The position numbers and the translations under genes were made by a program. Shown piece after piece: positions 62,127-64,000 of a stretch of DNA of 64,000 nucleotides; position 1 is the first letter of the stretch; the number at the start of each line of letters is the position of its first letter. Under the pieces are notes generated by a model, which saw only the letters and a program-made list of their open reading frames with translations, had not been told where the DNA came from and made no database searches. The stretch is from Candidatus Sumerlaeia bacterium (GTDB lineage Bacteria; Sumerlaeota; Sumerlaeia; SLMS01; JANRJK01), in assembly GCA_033764015.1 (NCBI GenBank), contig JANRJK010000017.1, forward strand, positions 32,001-96,000, in the 5' to 3' direction.

Positions 62127-62914
62127 CGGCCACCTCCCGCGGGGATGGCCGCGACCCGGCGGCCGAGGCCGCCCGCGAGCTTCCAGAGCTTGCCGAGGAG
62201 ACCCTGCGTGGGGCCCGCAGCCTCCACGGCGGCGGGACGCTCGGGCGCGCGGAGGCCAAAGTCCGCGGCGAGCCAAGACACGGCGGGTTCCCACGCCTCC
62301 CTTGGCACCGGCGGGACCGGCACCGGGGGGAGGGCATAGGGGGCTTGCGCGCGGGTCGGCTCTTGCGGGTCCCAGCCCACCCAGGCGGTCAGGAACCCCT
62401 GCGGATACTTCTGCGCGAGGCTGCGCTGGAGGCCGAGCTGCTCCGGCTGGACCTTGCAGGAGAGCAGACCGAGCACGGCGAGGGCGGGGTGCTCGGCGCG
62501 GATGCGGTCGAGGAAGCTCCAGACCGCGGGCAGTGCGTTGACCGAGTTCGCGTGGAGCTCCGTGAGGAGGACGAGGGAGTGAGCAAGCCGCAGCCAAGGG
62601 GCGAGCGCGGGGTCTCCGACGCTGCCGGTGTCGACCATTACGAGCTGCGCGCCGAGGGCCGCCTGCGGCGCGACCATCGCCTTGGCGGCGACCGGGGTGG
62701 TGGCGGCGCGCCCGTGCACAACGGGGACCCGCGACTCCTTCGCCACTAGGCAATGCGCCGCGGGATACGGGGCCACGTCCACGATGGCGGTGCGGATGCC
62801 GCGGCGTGAAAGCTCCTCGGCCACGCGGACGCAGAAGGTGGTCTTGCCGACGCCTCCCTTGGCGGAGGCGACCACGACGATGGGGGGCTGCTTGGCGGGA
62901 GTGGTGTCGCTCAT
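62123..62914 (-). CDS. ParA/MinD family ATPase with C-terminal amphipathic helix
   Basis: Deviant Walker A SAKGGVGKTT, IVDV, VDTG; tail QGLLGKLWKLAGGLGRR. Confidence 0.82.
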   Translation of the reverse strand: MSDTTPAKQPPIVVVASAKGGVGKTTFCVRVAEELSRRGIRTAIVDVAPYPAAHCLVAKESRVPVVHGRAATTPVAAKAMVAPQAALGAQLVMVDTGSVGDPALAPWLRLAHSLVLLTELHANSVNALPAVWSFLDRIRAEHPALAVLGLLSCKVQPEQLGLQRSLAQKYPQGFLTAWVGWDPQEPTRAQAPYALPPVPVPPVPREAWEPAVSWLAADFGLRAPERPAAVEAAGPTQGLLGKLWKLAGGLGRRVAAIPAGGGR

Positions 62915-63306
62915 CCGAACACGTCCCAGCCCTTGTCTTGTGGAGGCGCGGCTGGCGCCTTTGGGAGGGGCGTTTGCTGCTTGGGGATCGGCTTCGAGGA
63001 TGCCCGTTGCGGCAGCACGGGCGTCGCGGGGATTACGACCGCCCGACGCTCCAGTTCCGGCTCGAGCGCGGCGTAGCTTTCCTCGGCCTTGCGCGGGGCG
63101 ATGGCGGGCATGCGCGGTGACGCGGACGACGGGTCGCGCTCCTCCGCTTCGCCGAAGTCCATGCCGTCGAGTCCTTGGCGGATGCGGCCGGTGGCGGGAT
63201 CGAGCGACTCCTGCGGGAGGCGCTTCCTTGTCACGGAGTCGATGAGTTCCCTGATCTTTGCGAACACGGGGTTTGTCCTATCCAATGGCGATGGGAACTG
63301 CGCCAT
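62911..63306 (-). CDS. Small Pro-rich, probably disordered hypothetical protein
   Basis: MAQFPSPLDR...; N-terminal helix VFAKIRELIDSV; Pro-rich linker; ends KGWDVFG; overlaps both neighbours. Confidence 0.65.
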   Translation of the reverse strand: MAQFPSPLDRTNPVFAKIRELIDSVTRKRLPQESLDPATGRIRQGLDGMDFGEAEERDPSSASPRMPAIAPRKAEESYAALEPELERRAVVIPATPVLPQRASSKPIPKQQTPLPKAPAAPPQDKGWDVFG

Positions 63307-64000
63307 CGCTCTCGAAGTTTGTGTAGCGGAAAGCCAGGAACTCGCCGCGTGCTTCGTCGCAGCGTTCGAGCACGATGTCGATGGAGGGGCGCTCCGCCGG
63401 CGCGGTGGCGCGCATGGCGAGCGTGAAGCGGTCGACGCGTCCGAGCAGCGGCGCCAAGGAGGCGCCGGGGTCGTCGACGCGGCGGCGCAGCTCGTCGAGG
63501 ACCGCGCCAAGCGCGAAGACGTCCTCCGCGGGGGATCGCTCGCCGCACTTCGCCTCCGGTGCCGCGTAGGCCTCGGTGCAAAAGCGGTGTCGCGTGCCGG
63601 AGCGCAGGTCGATCGCCAGGCCGAAGTCGGAAAGCACCCACTCCTCCGCGCGGGTGTTGCGGCGGAGGAGGATGTTCCCTGGCTTCACGTCGCAGTGGAC
63701 GATGCCGTGGCGGTGCAGTTCGGCGAGCGCGGAAGCGATTTGCTGCCATACTTCGAAGAGCGTCTCAAGCCCGGCGACGGGACGCCGTTCGAGGTAGGCG
63801 CGGAGCGAGCCGCCCGCGCAGAACTCGAGGTAGAGGCGCCGCGCGTCGGGGGTGTCCTCGAAGCCGAGCAGCTCGACGATGTGCGGATGGCGGACGCGCG
63901 AAAGCAGCGACAGCTCGCGGTGGAAGGCGCGCGCGGAGCCGGGCGCGAACTCCTTGGCGGCCTGCGGCCCCGCGGGCGTTTCGACGCGGTAAACCCGCGC
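63278..64000 (-). CDS. Ser/Thr protein kinase (5' end outside the window)
   Basis: AAKEF, RELSLL, HPHIV, HCDVKPGN, SDFG, YAAPE, DVFALG; frame open to the window edge. Confidence 0.88.
   Translation of the reverse strand, partial: ARVYRVETPAGPQAAKEFAPGSARAFHRELSLLSRVRHPHIVELLGFEDTPDARRLYLEFCAGGSLRAYLERRPVAGLETLFEVWQQIASALAELHRHGIVHCDVKPGNILLRRNTRAEEWVLSDFGLAIDLRSGTRHRFCTEAYAAPEAKCGERSPAEDVFALGAVLDELRRRVDDPGASLAPLLGRVDRFTLAMRATAPAERPSIDIVLERCDEARGEFLAFRYTNFESDGAVPIAIG

Overview
High-GC, gene-dense bacterial chromosome segment with about 52 real CDS. I saw no rRNA, tRNA, CRISPR array, transposase or integrase. Protein style (YDPTNGTxSxG pilin-like protein, secreted protein ending WxLY, GldAFG-DUF4340 cassette, long GreA) suggests Candidatus Sumerlaeota (BRC1) or a related lineage; this is inference only. 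Left to right: DUF2256/renalase-like genes; yeh-like SWIM-DUF5691-MoxR-DUF5682-VWA operon; kdsD; ClC; sigma54 response regulator and type IV pilin; cydAB; secreted GH57/GH119-like amylase with three CBMs; CoA-binding, ppx, CHAD and TPR genes; long greA; bshC at the end of a GldAFG/DUF4340 ABC operon; PilX-like protein; lon; pfkA; secreted GH13 and a cohesin-like protein; metXY; cyclase-kinase-TM-TPR receptor; two more PLP trans-sulfuration enzymes; HNH; ABC pair; HAD; pilin-like plus secreted protein pair. The right edge holds the best candidate for an undescribed system: an overlapping operon of Ser/Thr kinase, small disordered protein, MinD-like ATPase, degenerate ParA-like protein and a PebA-like bilin reductase homologue with altered catalytic residues. 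All family assignments come from motifs read by eye, not from database searches.
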